A stretch of 64,000 nucleotides of DNA, taken from contig CAWHTE010000001.1 of the NCBI GenBank assembly GCA_963832165.1, positions 544,001 through 608,000 of the forward strand, in the 5' to 3' direction. A program made the translations under genes and the position numbers. The DNA comes from an uncultured delta proteobacterium. Lineage in GTDB: Bacteria; Myxococcota_A; UBA9160; SMWR01. The notes beneath the pieces are model-generated. The model was given only the letters and a program-made list of their open reading frames with translations. It was not told the origin of the DNA and made no database searches. Shown here one piece after another: positions 29,288 to 42,449 of this stretch; within the stretch, counting starts at the first letter, position 1; the number at the start of each line of letters is the position of its first letter.

Positions 29288-30249
29288 TCACCGCACTCGC
29301 CGGAACACCGGCAGCTTGTAGCCCGGCTCGACCTCCTCGATCGAGCACTCGACGGACATGTCGACGTGGATCTCGCCCAGCGGGCAGTCGACGATGTTCG
29401 CGACGATGCGCGTGCCCTCCTCGAGGTCGATCACCGCGATCGCGAGCGGCAGCTCGTAGCCCGGGATCGGGGGATGGTGCAGCACCACCCAGCTGTTCAC
29501 GGTGCCCTGGCCGCTCGACAGCACGCTCGTCCACTCCGTGGAGTGGCACGCGTGGCACATCGGGCGCGGCGGGTGGCGCAGCACGCCGCACTGTTTGCAC
29601 TTCTGGATCAGCAGATGGCCCCGGTCGACGCCCTCCCACCACCAGCCGTTGTCGAACGAGCGCGGCGCGCGGATCCGGCCGGGCTTCTTCGGCGCGGCCC
29701 GCTTCCGCCGCCGCGGGCCGCGGCTGCTGCGGCCGGCTTGAACTTGAGCACGCGGAACACCATCGAGCCGACTTCTTCGCCGTCCTGGTCGGTGAAGCGG
29801 GTCACCGTCTCGATGAAATAGCCCGTGCCGAGCGCCGTGGTCTTCTGCTCCGAGATCGACTCGATCGTCGCGTGCGCGGTGATCTGGTCCCCGGGCACGA
29901 GATAGCGCGTGTACTCCTGGCGGCAGTCGGTCGCGACCACGCCCGTGTAGCCCTCGTCGTTGAAGATCTTGTGCAGCTCCTGCTGCTTGTCGCGCGGGGC
30001 GTCGTAGCCCGCCGACATCGGATACCCCGCCATCGTCCACGCCTGCATCATCGTGGGCGGCGCGACGAGCTTGCCGTGGCGCGACGTCTTCGCGGCTCCG
30101 GGGTCGACGTAGATCGGGTTCGCGTCGCCCATCGTCTCGCACCAGTGGCGGATCATCGGCTCGTTCACCGCGTCGAGACCCGCTTCGGGCGGACCGAACG
30201 ACTGGCCGACGAAGTCGCGGATCCGCTTCTCGAGCTCTTCCTGGGTCAT
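29288..30249 (-). CDS. MaoC + Zn-ribbon/OB-fold (DUF35) protein (ChsH2-like), frameshift near 29715
   Basis: VNEPMIRHWCE, PPTMMQAWTM, then CKQC...PPRPMCHAC in the second frame. Confidence 0.85.
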
Positions 30250-30392
30250 GCCTGCTCCTGCGCCCACGGGGAGTCCTACTCTATCGCGGCCTGCGCGAGG
30301 AGGTCGAGATCAGCGCGCGGAAGGGCGACGCCCCCTCGGCTGCGGCAGCCGATGGGCGAACAGGTCCCCGCGCAGTGAAGTGTCGAGCAGGT

Positions 30393-31718
30393 CTATCGGC
30401 GCGTCAGTGCCGGCGGAGGCTCGTCCTGGACAACGAGGTTCTCGACGGCTTCGCGCACGAGATCGAGCGTGATCTGCGGCGGAATTCCCGAGAAGTGGCA
30501 GCGCTCGATCACGTGGTCGACCACGAACTTCGGGTGGGCCGATGAGATCGGGACTCCCGTCTTCGGATAGAACTCGTCGAGCAGATACGAGACCACATCG
30601 GCCGGCAGCGCTAGCCCCTGATCCTCGCTGATCTGGCGCAGGATCTCCGTGTACTCCGCCGCCGTCGGCACCGGCACGTGGAACTTGTAGGGAATGCGGC
30701 GCATGCCCGCGGCGTCGATCAGGTTCTGCGGCGGCGTGTTGGTCGAGAACACCACCAGCTGGTCGAACGGCATCTCGATCTTCTTGCCGGTGTGCAGCGT
30801 GAGGAAGTCGATCCGGCGCTCGAGCGGCATGATCCAGCGGTTGATCAGATCGAGCGGCGACACGCGCTGGCGGCCGAGGTCGTCGGCGATGAACACGCCA
30901 CCGGTCGCCTTCAGGTGCGCGGGCGCCTCGTAGAATTTCGAGATCGGATCGAAGCAGAGGTCGAGCATCTCGATCGTGAGCTCGCCGCCCGTCACGACGA
31001 CGGGCCGACGGCAGCACAGCCAGCGCGGGTCGAGCGCTCGTCCGCGCCGCGAGTCGGCGGCGGTGTCGAGCGTGTGCACGCTCTGATCGAAGAACCGGAT
31101 GATCTGACCATCGGCTTCGATGCAGTAGGGCAGGTAGATCGACTGGTCGAACGCGGCGCCGATCGCCATCGCGATCGAGGTCTTGCCATTGCCGGGCGCG
31201 CCGTAGAGCAGGACCGCCTTCGCGGAGTTGGCAGCGGGGCCGAGTCGCTCGATCGTGCCCTCGGGCAGCACCAGATGTCCGAGCGCGAGCGCCATCGCCG
31301 GGGGCGTGATCTGGTCGTGCGTGATCGACTGCGCGGCGACCTGTTTGCGATAGGCGTCGATCGGCACCGGCGCGGGCCCGACGTACTGGCACTGCGACAG
31401 CGCCTCGACCGCCCAATCGCGGCCGACGCCGGTCAGGGCGTAGCGGTACACCGAGCGCTTCGCGTCGGCGAGCCCGAGCACCTCGAGCAGGCGCTTCTCC
31501 TTGGCCGACTCGAGCACCTCGTGCACCACGGGCTCGGGCAGCTTGATGTACTCGGCGATCGCCGCGGCGGTCTCGAGGTTGGTCACGTAGACCGCCTTGA
31601 GCACGAAGCGCAGCAGGAACTGCGGCTCGAGGCCGCTCTCGTGGACGGTGTCCGGTGCGAGCGGGCGCGGGACCGAGGCCTCGGTCTCGGGGGCCGTGTC
31701 GATCGCGCTGCGGTTCAT
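30393..31718 (-). CDS. AAA-type ATPase of unknown function
   Basis: Walker A GAPGNGKTS, GGELT, ADDLGRQ, NRWIMPLE, FSTN; GGAGG RBS. Confidence 0.85.
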   Translation of the reverse strand: MNRSAIDTAPETEASVPRPLAPDTVHESGLEPQFLLRFVLKAVYVTNLETAAAIAEYIKLPEPVVHEVLESAKEKRLLEVLGLADAKRSVYRYALTGVGRDWAVEALSQCQYVGPAPVPIDAYRKQVAAQSITHDQITPPAMALALGHLVLPEGTIERLGPAANSAKAVLLYGAPGNGKTSIAMAIGAAFDQSIYLPYCIEADGQIIRFFDQSVHTLDTAADSRRGRALDPRWLCCRRPVVVTGGELTIEMLDLCFDPISKFYEAPAHLKATGGVFIADDLGRQRVSPLDLINRWIMPLERRIDFLTLHTGKKIEMPFDQLVVFSTNTPPQNLIDAAGMRRIPYKFHVPVPTAAEYTEILRQISEDQGLALPADVVSYLLDEFYPKTGVPISSAHPKFVVDHVIERCHFSGIPPQITLDLVREAVENLVVQDEPPPALTRR

Positions 31719-31804
31719 GGTCGTCCTCCGGTCTCGCGGGATGCGTATATTAGGGCGGCAATACGGCGCCCCTGCATGAGAACCTTTGAGTGGTGAGAAA
31801 CTCG

Positions 31805-32866
31805 ATGCCGGTAACACTCCCGGGAACTCCCGAAGAGATCACGTCGGGCTGGCTCTCGGCGACCCTTGGGGCGATCCACCCGGGTGCGCGTGCCGAGGCA
31901 GTGGAGATCGTGGGCGCGCACAGTGGCACGACGGGCCGCGCGATGCTGCGCGTCACGTGGGCTCCCGGCCCGGACCTGCCCGAGCGCGTGTTCGTGAAGC
32001 TGCCGCCGAGCGACGCCACCCAGCGCCTCATGGTCGATGCGACCGACATGGGGCGCCGCGAGGCGCATTTCTACGCGGACCTCGCGCGCGAGGTGCCCGT
32101 GCGCGTACCCGGTGCGCTGTGGTCGGGGTGGGGCGACGACCCGTCGCAGTACCTGATGCTGCTCGAAGATCTCGCCGCGACGGGGTGCGACTTCCCGCTC
32201 TCGAGCGATCCCGCGATCCTCGACTTCGCGCGCGCGCTCGTCGAGGAGCTCGCGCGGCTGCATGGACACTTCGCCGACTGGTCCCGGTTCGCGTCCGCCT
32301 TTCCCTGGGTCCAGGGCACGATGCGAAACGAGTGGGGACGCATGCTCGTGCAGGCCGGCCTCGACGCATTTCGCGACTCCTCGCCGCCCGAGTTCGCGGC
32401 GATCAGCGAGCTCTACGTGGCGCACATGGAGGGCTTCAACGACTGGATGGATCGCGGCTCGCACACGCTGATCCACTACGACTGCCACCTCGGCAATCTG
32501 TTCCGCGAGAAATCGCGCCCGGGTTTCCTCGACTGGGCGTGCGTCGCGCATGCTCCGGGCATGCGCGACGTGGCCTACTTCCTCAGCAACTCGCTACCCA
32601 CGGAGCTGCGCCGGAAGGAGGAGCGCGACCTCCTCCAGCGCTATCGCGCCGGCCTCGCCGAGGCCGGGATCGCGCTGCCCCCGTTCGACGAGACCTGGCA
32701 CGACTATCGCCGCTTCGCGCTCACGTCGTGGGTCGCCGCCACCACCACGGCTGCAGCGGGGAGCCGGATGCAACCGATCGAGATCGGACTGCGCGCGATG
32801 GAGCGCACCAACGCCGCCGTGCGCGACCTCGATTCGCTCGCGCTGATGCGCGAGGCACTCGCCTAG
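31805..32866 (+). CDS. Phosphotransferase (APH/EcKinase-like)
   Basis: VFVKL, REAHFY, LLEDL, TLIHYDCHLGNL, LDW. Confidence 0.85.
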   Translation: MPVTLPGTPEEITSGWLSATLGAIHPGARAEAVEIVGAHSGTTGRAMLRVTWAPGPDLPERVFVKLPPSDATQRLMVDATDMGRREAHFYADLAREVPVRVPGALWSGWGDDPSQYLMLLEDLAATGCDFPLSSDPAILDFARALVEELARLHGHFADWSRFASAFPWVQGTMRNEWGRMLVQAGLDAFRDSSPPEFAAISELYVAHMEGFNDWMDRGSHTLIHYDCHLGNLFREKSRPGFLDWACVAHAPGMRDVAYFLSNSLPTELRRKEERDLLQRYRAGLAEAGIALPPFDETWHDYRRFALTSWVAATTTAAAGSRMQPIEIGLRAMERTNAAVRDLDSLALMREALA

Positions 32867-33270
32867 CGCTTCTTGCGGCGCGCCGGGCTGTTCTTCTTGC
32901 GCGTCTTCGCGCGCGCGGGGGCCTTCTTTCGCGAAGGCTTGCGCGACGGAGGCGGGCCCATCGGCACCACCTGCCGCACTTCGACCGTGCCCACGCGCGT
33001 GTGCGGGCAGCGCTTGGCGATCTCGATCGCCTCCGCGCGATTCCTGCAGTCGACCAGGAAATAGCCGCTGATCACCACGCGCGACGGGAACGGTCCATCG
33101 AGCACCGAGTCGCCGGTCACTCGAGCGCCGTGGGCCTCCGGCTGCAGCGGTGTGCCTCCGCGCAGCTTCCCGTTGCCTGCGAGTTCACCCGCAAATCGGC
33201 CCATCGCCCGGTAGATGCTCCGATCCTCGGGAGCCTCCCGGTCCGCGAGCATGATCAGCATGAACTCCAT
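32863..33270 (-). CDS. YciI family protein with basic C-terminal tail
   Basis: DGPF, ISGYFLVDC, EAIEIAKRCP, VEVR; AGGAG RBS. Confidence 0.85.
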   Translation of the reverse strand: MEFMLIMLADREAPEDRSIYRAMGRFAGELAGNGKLRGGTPLQPEAHGARVTGDSVLDGPFPSRVVISGYFLVDCRNRAEAIEIAKRCPHTRVGTVEVRQVVPMGPPPSRKPSRKKAPARAKTRKKNSPARRKKR

Positions 33271-33499
33271 CGCACACTCCTTGCTCTCGAGTGAGGCTGC
33301 GCACCACTCGGCGCGCGGCGTTCGGGTAGCATGATACGCTGTTTGGGCTGCGGCCTATCGCGCCTACACGCGGCTCGACGCGACCCCGAGGAGCCGGCAC
33401 GTTCATGATGGAAGCGGTGCAGAGCACGCGCTGCTGATCCACAGTCCGGCGCGGGACTGGAGCCACCCCTCGCGCGAACCGCCGGGCCCGCCGCCGTTC

Positions 33500-33790
33500 T
33501 CGGTGGATACCGCCGGCCCGAGCCGAGCAGATCGAGCTCGAGCTGGACGCGGGCGCGAGCCCGCGCTGATCCTCGTTTCCGAGAGCTACCACCCGTGGTG
33601 GCGCGCGAGGATCGACGGTGTACCGGCTACGGTGGTGCGGGCCCATTACTTTGAGGCGGTGCCGTGCCGGAAGGTGCGCACCGCGTGAGCTCCGTTTCGA
33701 GCCGCCGACCTGGCTCGCCGCGGTCGACGGCATCAGTCAGCTGGCGCTGGTGGCACTGCTGGGGAGTGATTGTGTGGGGGGAGAGTGGTG
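33500..33790 (+). pseudogene. Remnant of YfhO-like protein C-terminus
   Basis: LILVSESYHPWWRARIDG...GAHRV...LRFEPP across broken frames; no N-terminal part. Confidence 0.55.
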
Positions 33791-33806
33791 AAGAGGAGCG
33801 AGCTCC

Positions 33807-34451
33807 ATGAAGACCCTGGCGCTGATCGCGCGGCGGCCCGACATCACGCGCGAAGAGTTCCGCGACCACTACGAGGAGGTCCATGCGCCGCTCGCGGTGC
33901 GCACGCTGCTCGAGGGCACGACGCGCTATGTGCGCCACCACGTGCGCGAGGAGCTGTTCGGCTCGCCCGTGTTCGACGTGGTGACGGCGTTCTGGTATCG
34001 CGACGCCGCAGCGGCCGTCGAGGTCATGCGCCGTACCGAGACGCCGGCCGGCGAGGCGATCCGGCGCGACGAGCTCACGTTCATGAACAAGCCCGCGAAC
34101 ACGTTCTTCGCGGTGACGGAGCAGGTCGTGCGCGGCGCCGAGCAGCGCGCGGCCGCGCTCTCGCTGATCGCGCTCGTACGCCGGCCGCAGGGCGAAGACG
34201 CCGCGCGCTTCGCCCCGACCTACGAGAGCGAGCAGGTGCCGCGCCTGCTCGACGCGACACGCGCGCCCTCGTGGTGTCTCCAGAACCGCGCGCTGCGCTT
34301 CGGCGCTGCGGATCCGGCGTTCGACTCGGTGACGCAGGTGCAAGCGGCGGCGGATACCGGCCTCGCGCAGTGGGCGAAGGAGCTCGCCGCGACGGGCGCG
34401 GGCGTGGTGCTCGTAGCGGTGAGCGAGCACGAGAGCGCACTGCCGTGGTGA
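33807..34451 (+). CDS. EthD domain protein
   Basis: RRPDITREEFRDHYEEVHAPL, FDVVT; GAGGAG RBS. Confidence 0.85.
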   Translation: MKTLALIARRPDITREEFRDHYEEVHAPLAVRTLLEGTTRYVRHHVREELFGSPVFDVVTAFWYRDAAAAVEVMRRTETPAGEAIRRDELTFMNKPANTFFAVTEQVVRGAEQRAAALSLIALVRRPQGEDAARFAPTYESEQVPRLLDATRAPSWCLQNRALRFGAADPAFDSVTQVQAAADTGLAQWAKELAATGAGVVLVAVSEHESALPW

Positions 34452-34622
34452 TGGCGGATTCTTCAGGACTCCATCATCACTCCGCCGGTCCGCGCCGAGC
34501 TTTGTAGATTCGCGTCCCGCCCATCTGCGCCGACCTCGCGTGCGCGCGATCCGCGCGCCGTCGAACGGACCGCGCTCCTCTGGCACGCGCCTTGCTCCTT
34601 TTGTTCGGCGGAGGAATTTCAA

Positions 34623-35095
34623 ATGAGCCAGTTCATCGAATCGATCGAAGTCGACGTGCCGGTGCGCACGGCGTACAACCAGTGGACCCAGTTCGAGAGC
34701 TTCCCGCGCTTCATGGAGGGCGTGCAGAAGGTCGAGCAGCGCGACGACCGGCGCTTGCACTGGTGCGCGGAGATCGGCGGCCGGGACGTGGAGTGGGACG
34801 CGACGATCACCGAGCAGAAGCCCGACCAGCGCATCGCGTGGAAGAGCACGTCGGGTGCGCGCCACGCCGGCGTCGTGGACTTCCATCGTCTCGACGACGA
34901 CACGTGTCGCGTGACGCTCCAGATCGACTACGAGCCCGAGGGCGCGGTCGAGACGGCCGGCGACCTGATCGGCCTGGTGAAGCGGCGCGTGAAGGGCGAC
35001 CTCGAGCGCTTCAAGCAGTTCATCGAGGAGCGCGGCGCCGAGTCGGGTGCCTGGCGCGGCACCGTGCCGAACCGTGACGAGCGGGGGCCTGGCCG

Positions 35096-35099
<4 letters not shown>
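34623..35099 (+). CDS. SRPBCC (polyketide cyclase/dehydrase) protein
   Basis: VPVRTAYNQWTQFESFPRFM, DLERFKQFIE. Confidence 0.92.
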
Positions 35100-36709
<1,610 letters not shown>

Positions 36710-36730
36710 CGCTCGTCCTCTGCCGTCGGA

Positions 36731-38380
36731 TCAGCGTAGCTCGCTCGCGCGGCCGCGTTCCACGAAGCGCGCGCGCACCGCGGCCACGTCGCTCGCGGCC
36801 ATGCGCCGCAGCGACTCGCCCTTGGCGGGCCGGAAGAACACCGGCTCGCCGCATTCCCAGCGCTCGCCGCGCAGCTGGCGCTTCTGGACCTTCGCAGTCT
36901 GGGTGATCGGCAGCGCGGCGCTCGTGCGCACGTAGCGCGGCGACCACTTCGTGCCGAGATCGCTCTGCCGCGCGAGGAACGCGTCGAAGTCGTCCGGGTC
37001 GAAGCGCTCGGGCTCGATGAGCTGGAGCGCGGCCATCACCTGGTCGCCGACCTCCTCGTCCGGAACGGCATACACCGCCGCGAGCACGACGCCCGGATAG
37101 CGCGCGAGGATCCGCTCGACCGGAGCCGCCGCGAAGTTCTCGCCGTCGACGCGCAGCCATTCGAAGTCGCGGCCCGCGAAGTAGAGGAAGCCGTCGGCGT
37201 CGCGGTAGGCGAGGTCGCCGGTCCAGTACATGCCGTCGCGCATGCGCTGGCGATCGGCGTCCTCGTTCTTGTAGTAGCCCTCGAATAGCGCTTTGCCGCC
37301 CGTGTTCACGAGCTCGCCGATCGCCTGCTCGGCGTTGGTGAGGCGGCCCTCGGCATCGAACTCCGCCACCGGACATTCCTCTCCGGTTTCGGGATCGAGC
37401 ACCTTGGTCCCGGGGTCGGAGCGGCCGAGCGCGCCCTTCGGAGTGTCCGGAACGCGCAGCACCATCGCGCCGCTCTCGGTGGAGCCATAGTTGTCGACTA
37501 CGCGCACGTCGAAGCGCTTCGCGAAGCGTTCGATATCGAGATCCGCTGCCTCGTTGCCGAACGCGAGCCGCAGCGGGTTGTCGGTGTCGTCGTCGCGCTC
37601 GGGCTGGGCGAGGATGTACGAGAGCGGCTTGCCCACGTAGTTCATGTAGTTGCAGCCGTACTTCCGGATGTCGGGCAGCGCGGACGAGGCGGAGAAGCGC
37701 CGGCGCAGCACCGCGGTGCCTCCGGCCACGATCATGGGACCCGTGCCCGTGAACAGCGCGTTGCTGTGGAACATCGGCATCACTTGATAGGAGACGGTGT
37801 CGCGGCCGAGCCCGTAGTTCGCCACGAGCGTCTGCGAGACGATCGACCACTTGCCCTGCGTGCAGATCACGGCCTTGGGCGCGCCGCTCGTGCCCGAGGT
37901 GAACAGGAGCAGCAGCAGGTCGGACATCGCGACCGCGACGTCGGGGATCGGCGCGCCCGCAAACGGCGCGATCGCATCGGCATAACGGTCGGATTCGACG
38001 TTCAGCACACGGTCCACCGGCACGCCGAGATCGAGCCCGTCGAGCAGCGGTGCGTGGCACGGCTCGGTGACGATGAGCTGACAGTCGGTGTGGCGCACGT
38101 CGCGTGCGAGCTCGGCGCCGCGCCGCGTGGGATTGATCCCCACCACCACGCCGCCCGCGAGCGCAGCGGCACCGATCCAGAACGAGAACTCGGGCACGTT
38201 CTCGAGCAGCACACCGACGTGGAGCGGCCCGTCGCGCCGCGTGGCGAGCAGGAACGCCGCGCGCTGCGCGCATCGCGCGACCCACTCGCGGTAGCTCCAG
38301 CTGCGATCTTCGAAGCGCAGCGCCGTGTGATCGTCGTCGGCGCGCGCGGCGACCCAGTGGCGGAACGGAACCAGCTCCAT
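36731..38380 (-). CDS. Acyl-CoA synthetase (FadD17/FadD1-like)
   Basis: FTSGTSGAPKA, YGSTE, GDLAYRD, RVDGEN. Confidence 0.9.
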   Translation of the reverse strand: MELVPFRHWVAARADDDHTALRFEDRSWSYREWVARCAQRAAFLLATRRDGPLHVGVLLENVPEFSFWIGAAALAGGVVVGINPTRRGAELARDVRHTDCQLIVTEPCHAPLLDGLDLGVPVDRVLNVESDRYADAIAPFAGAPIPDVAVAMSDLLLLLFTSGTSGAPKAVICTQGKWSIVSQTLVANYGLGRDTVSYQVMPMFHSNALFTGTGPMIVAGGTAVLRRRFSASSALPDIRKYGCNYMNYVGKPLSYILAQPERDDDTDNPLRLAFGNEAADLDIERFAKRFDVRVVDNYGSTESGAMVLRVPDTPKGALGRSDPGTKVLDPETGEECPVAEFDAEGRLTNAEQAIGELVNTGGKALFEGYYKNEDADRQRMRDGMYWTGDLAYRDADGFLYFAGRDFEWLRVDGENFAAAPVERILARYPGVVLAAVYAVPDEEVGDQVMAALQLIEPERFDPDDFDAFLARQSDLGTKWSPRYVRTSAALPITQTAKVQKRQLRGERWECGEPVFFRPAKGESLRRMAASDVAAVRARFVERGRASELR

Positions 38381-38503
38381 CGCGACTACCGTACACCGGC
38401 AGGATGGTTCGATCCACGAACTTCGAAGCGGTCTTTCGTGGACGCTCGTGCGGCGCGGGGCTTACACTGCAAGACCCAGGCGGAACCCTTCGAGGTGATC
38501 GCG

Positions 38504-40476
38504 ATGAGCAGGATCCAGGGTTCGGTGCAGTTAGCCGGTCGACTCGTGCTAGGTATTTCCGCGGTCGGATGGCTCGCGGCGGTCCCCGCGCGCGCAGAGC
38601 TGGCGCTGTTCGAGGCTACCGGGATCACGCTGGGCGACGACCCGGTCGAGTGCGCCGACCTGGGTACCCACCGCCGCTGCGCTTCCGACGCGGGCAGCGA
38701 GCGCGTGCTTTCCCACGACGGACTGCCGGCGAGCGAGCGCATTCCGCTCGACTTCCAGCTCTTTCTCCCCGCCGCACCCGCGAACGGACCCGACGGCAAC
38801 TACCCGCTCGTCGTGTTCATCCACGGCTGGGGCGGCAGCAACACCTCGATCGGCGGCGGTGTCGAGAGCGAGTTCGTGCCCTACGCGGAGGGCGGCTATG
38901 CGGTGCTCGCGTACAGCGCGCGCGCCTGGGGAGGGAGCTGCGGATCGGCACAGCAGGCGAACTCCGAGTGCGCCGGGCAATGGAACCACCTCGCCGACAT
39001 CCGCTACGAAGTCCGCGACACGCAGTATTTCGCGGGGCTGCTCGCCGACGAGCTCTCCGACGACGGCACGCCGCTCGTCGACCCCGCGAAGATCGGCGTC
39101 ACCGGCGTCTCCTACGGTGGCGGCCAATCGACGATGCTGACGACCCTGCGCAATCGCGTGGTGAACCTCGATGGAAGCACCTCCCCGTGGACGAGCCCGG
39201 CCGGCAAGCCGATGCAGATCGCCGCCGCGGCCCCGTACTGGGCGTGGACCGATCTCGCCTACGCGCTGCTCCCGAACGGGCGCACGCTCGACTACGCCGT
39301 GAACAACGCATATCGCGGTCCGCTCGGCGGCGCGCCGTTCGGCGTGTCGAAGACGAGCGTTCAACGCGGGGCTCTACGCGCTGGGGGCGGCGATGAGCGT
39401 GTACGCGCCGCCCGGCGAGGACCCCGACATCAACGCCTGGAACACGTTGATCAACGCGGGCGAGCCCTATCAGGAGGCGACGATCGGCCCGATCGCCGAC
39501 GCGGTGACGGGCTACCGTTCGGGCTACTACTGGCTCGATCCGGCGGTCGAGCCGGCTCCTACGCTGTTCAACTCGGGCTGGTCGGACGACATCTTCCCGA
39601 TGATGGAGCCCGTGCGCTGGATCCAGCGCGCGAAACATCTGCATCCCGGCCTGGCGGCGGCACTGGTCGCCAGCGACTTCGGACACGCGCGCGCGAGCTC
39701 CGCCGACGCCGCGTACGCGAAGAGCACCGCGCGCGCTTGGTTCGACTACTACCTGAAGGGGATCGGTGGGCCGCCCGGACCGGCCGTGCGCGCGCGCACG
39801 CAGAGCTGCGTGGAGCCCGCGGTCGACTACGAGGCCGGGTCGTGGCTCGGGCTCGCGCAGGGCGAGGTGCGCCAGTCTTCCGGCGGCGGAACGGTGCTCT
39901 CGTCCGGCGGGCCCAGCAGCGCTTCGGCGCAGGCATTCGACCCGATCGCGGGCAGTGGGGCGTGCTCACGCGTGGCTGACGAGAACGTTGTCGGGAACGG
40001 TCGTGTTGAATCTGCCGGCGCCGGGCGGCGCAGGTTATACCGTGCTCGGCACACCCACGGTGATCGCGGACCTCACCGTGACGGGTACCGCCGCGAACAG
40101 CATGCTCGCGGCGCGCCTGCTCGACGTGGACGCGAACGGCGACGAGCTGCTGCTCGCGCGCGGGATCTACCGGCCCGATGCATCGGGCCAGCAGGTGTTC
40201 CAGCTCGCGCCGATGGGCTTCCACATCGCGCCCGACCACCATCTCCAGCTCGAGCTGATGGGCAACGAGGCCCCGACGATGCGCGCGTCGAACGTGTCGT
40301 TCGCGATCGAGGTCGGGAACCTCGAGCTGCGCGTTCCGGTCGCGGAGCCGCAGGCCGAGCCGCCCGCGGAGAAGGTTCTGCCGCCGGGCTATCTGCCCGA
40401 GCCGGGATTCGCCGCGCTATTCGCGAGCGGCTCGGCGCTCGTCGCGATGCTCGCGCGCAGGCGCCGCACGCAATAG
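38504..40476 (+). CDS. Secreted CocE/NonD-like alpha/beta hydrolase with PEP-CTERM (frameshifts near 39360 and 40000)
   Basis: Signal peptide, HGWGG, GVSYGG nucleophile elbow, C-terminal LPEPGFAALFASGSALVAMLARRRR. Confidence 0.8.
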
Positions 40477-41922
40477 CCGAGCGCGACGGCCCACGCGACC
40501 AGCAGCACAATCGCGAGCGCGCGCGCGGGCGCACGTCCGGGCACGCCGAACCAGAGCGACCACAGATAGAGATCGACATCGCCCGCGAACAGCGATCGCA
40601 GGGATCCCGCGATCGGAGAGCGCAGCGGATCGAACAGAAATGCCGGGCGCGCAGCGGAGACCTCGCTCTCCCAGCCCATCCGCTCCACGGTGTGCCGCCA
40701 GTGCACGCTGATCAACACGATCTGGATCGCACACCCGAGCGCCGCGAGCGCACCCGCGAGCCATCCCTGCCAACGCGGCCTGGGCGCGTCGAGCCAGTTG
40801 CCCAGCGGCAGGAGCAGGAGCGGGGTCAGCGCGAACAGATAACGCGGACCCGGTGCCGACCACAGCCCGTGCCAGAACACGAAGCGGCCGCACAGGACGA
40901 GGAAAGCAGAGCGTGAGCGCGAGCACGGTCAGCGCCTCGGCGCGGTGCGCGCGCCAGAAGCCCGGCAGCCACAGCGGCAGCAGCAAGAGCAGCGGCGAGT
41001 ACGCGAACACGCCCGCGCCCGGGGAGAGCAACAGTCCGGTCAGGCCGTCGAGCAGCGAGCCGTGGAGCAGGAACGACTGCGCGGTCATCGGCGAGGTGAT
41101 CCAGTTGCCCCACTTCGCGTAGTTGACCGCGATGTGGACCGCGGCGACCGCGGCACTCGGCAGCGCGATCGCGGCCGCGACCCGGGTCACCGCGAGGCCG
41201 GACTCGCGCGCGCGCGCGACGAGCGTCCAGGCGAGGTAGCCCGCGAGAGCGGGACCCGATACGGCCGCGGGTATGCGCACGATCACGACCGCCGACGCCA
41301 GCAGGACACCCGCTGCGAGCCACATCACGCGGCCCGTGCGCCGCCACGCGTGCAGAGCTGCGAAGCCGCCCACGATCGCGATCGCTTCGCTGGTGTGCTG
41401 AAGGAAGTAGACCGAGTGGGTGGCCACGTAGGTGCACGCGCCCAGCAGCGCCGCGGCCCACAGTGCCGAGCGCCGGCTCGCACCGAGGCCGCGCTGGAAC
41501 AGGAAGAAGATCGCGACGAGCACGCCCGAGGTGATCGGGGCGTAGGCGCTCACGGCGAAGATCGGCGGGCTCTCGTGCGTGTCGATGTAGTCGTCGTCGT
41601 CACGCCCGATCGCGGCGCGCACCCTATCGGGGCCGACCGCGTTCGCGACTGCGTCGGCGAGCGCGATGAACGGCACCGCGAGGGCGGTCTGGGCGATCGC
41701 AAAGTGGCTGTAGAAGCGCCCGTCACGACCCGCAAAGATGTGCATGCCGGGCTCGACCGCGAGCGTGCCGCTCGTGTAGAGCGAGAGCGCGGGGTTGAAT
41801 ACACCGAGCTCGTCGGTCGCCGAGAAGTGGCAGTGATTGAACGGGAGGTAGGCGAGCGCCGCGACCGCTGCGAGCCAGGCGGCCGTGCGCCGGTCGCTTC
41901 CCGCGGATCTCGGATTTCCCAT
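40389..41922 (-). CDS. Multi-pass membrane protein, putative GT-C glycosyltransferase (frameshift near 40900)
   Basis: TDE motif after TM1, GLLLSPGAGVFAYSP, WHGLWSAPGPRYL. Confidence 0.6.
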
Positions 41923-42026
41923 GGGTGGGCAGAACATGGCCTAGTGGGGTCGGCGCGGGAAGGTTCCCGCGGCCATGCCGCGGCCGCGCTCAAGCGCGGG
42001 CCGGGATCCTTCGATACCCAGGGACG

Positions 42027-42413
42027 ATGAGCGAGAAGAAGACGATCCTGGTGGCCGACGACGAAGACTTCCTGCGCCTGCTGGTCAAGGAGACGCTCAC
42101 GCAGTACCGCGTGATCGAGGCCCGCGACGGCGACGAGGCGCTCGCGCTGGCGCGCGAGACGGAGCCGGATCTGTTGATTCTCGACTGGATGATGCCGGGC
42201 CGGCACGGCCCCGCGGTGCTCGAGGCGCTGCGCGCCGATCCGGAGACCCACGACCTTCCGGTGCTCATGATGACCGCGAAGGCCGGCGCCGCCGAGCGCG
42301 CGCAGCTGCTCGCCGCGGGAGCTACCGCGTGCATGGCCAAGCCGTTCGGCACCTCGGCGCTGCGCGCGTGCGTCGAGGAGATCCTCGGCAAGGCGAGCCA
42401 GCCCCAGTCCTGA
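42027..42413 (+). CDS. Single-domain response regulator
   Basis: ILVADDE, LILDWMMP, MMTA, AKPF. Confidence 0.92.
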   Translation: MSEKKTILVADDEDFLRLLVKETLTQYRVIEARDGDEALALARETEPDLLILDWMMPGRHGPAVLEALRADPETHDLPVLMMTAKAGAAERAQLLAAGATACMAKPFGTSALRACVEEILGKASQPQS

Positions 42414-42449
42414 TCCGGGATGGCGCGGCGCTGGCGCCGCGCGGGCCGA

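Noticed and set aside
40389..40476. Functional 88-bp convergent overlap
   Set aside because: Likely a simple run-on of a GC-rich 3' end in an error-prone region; no further support.
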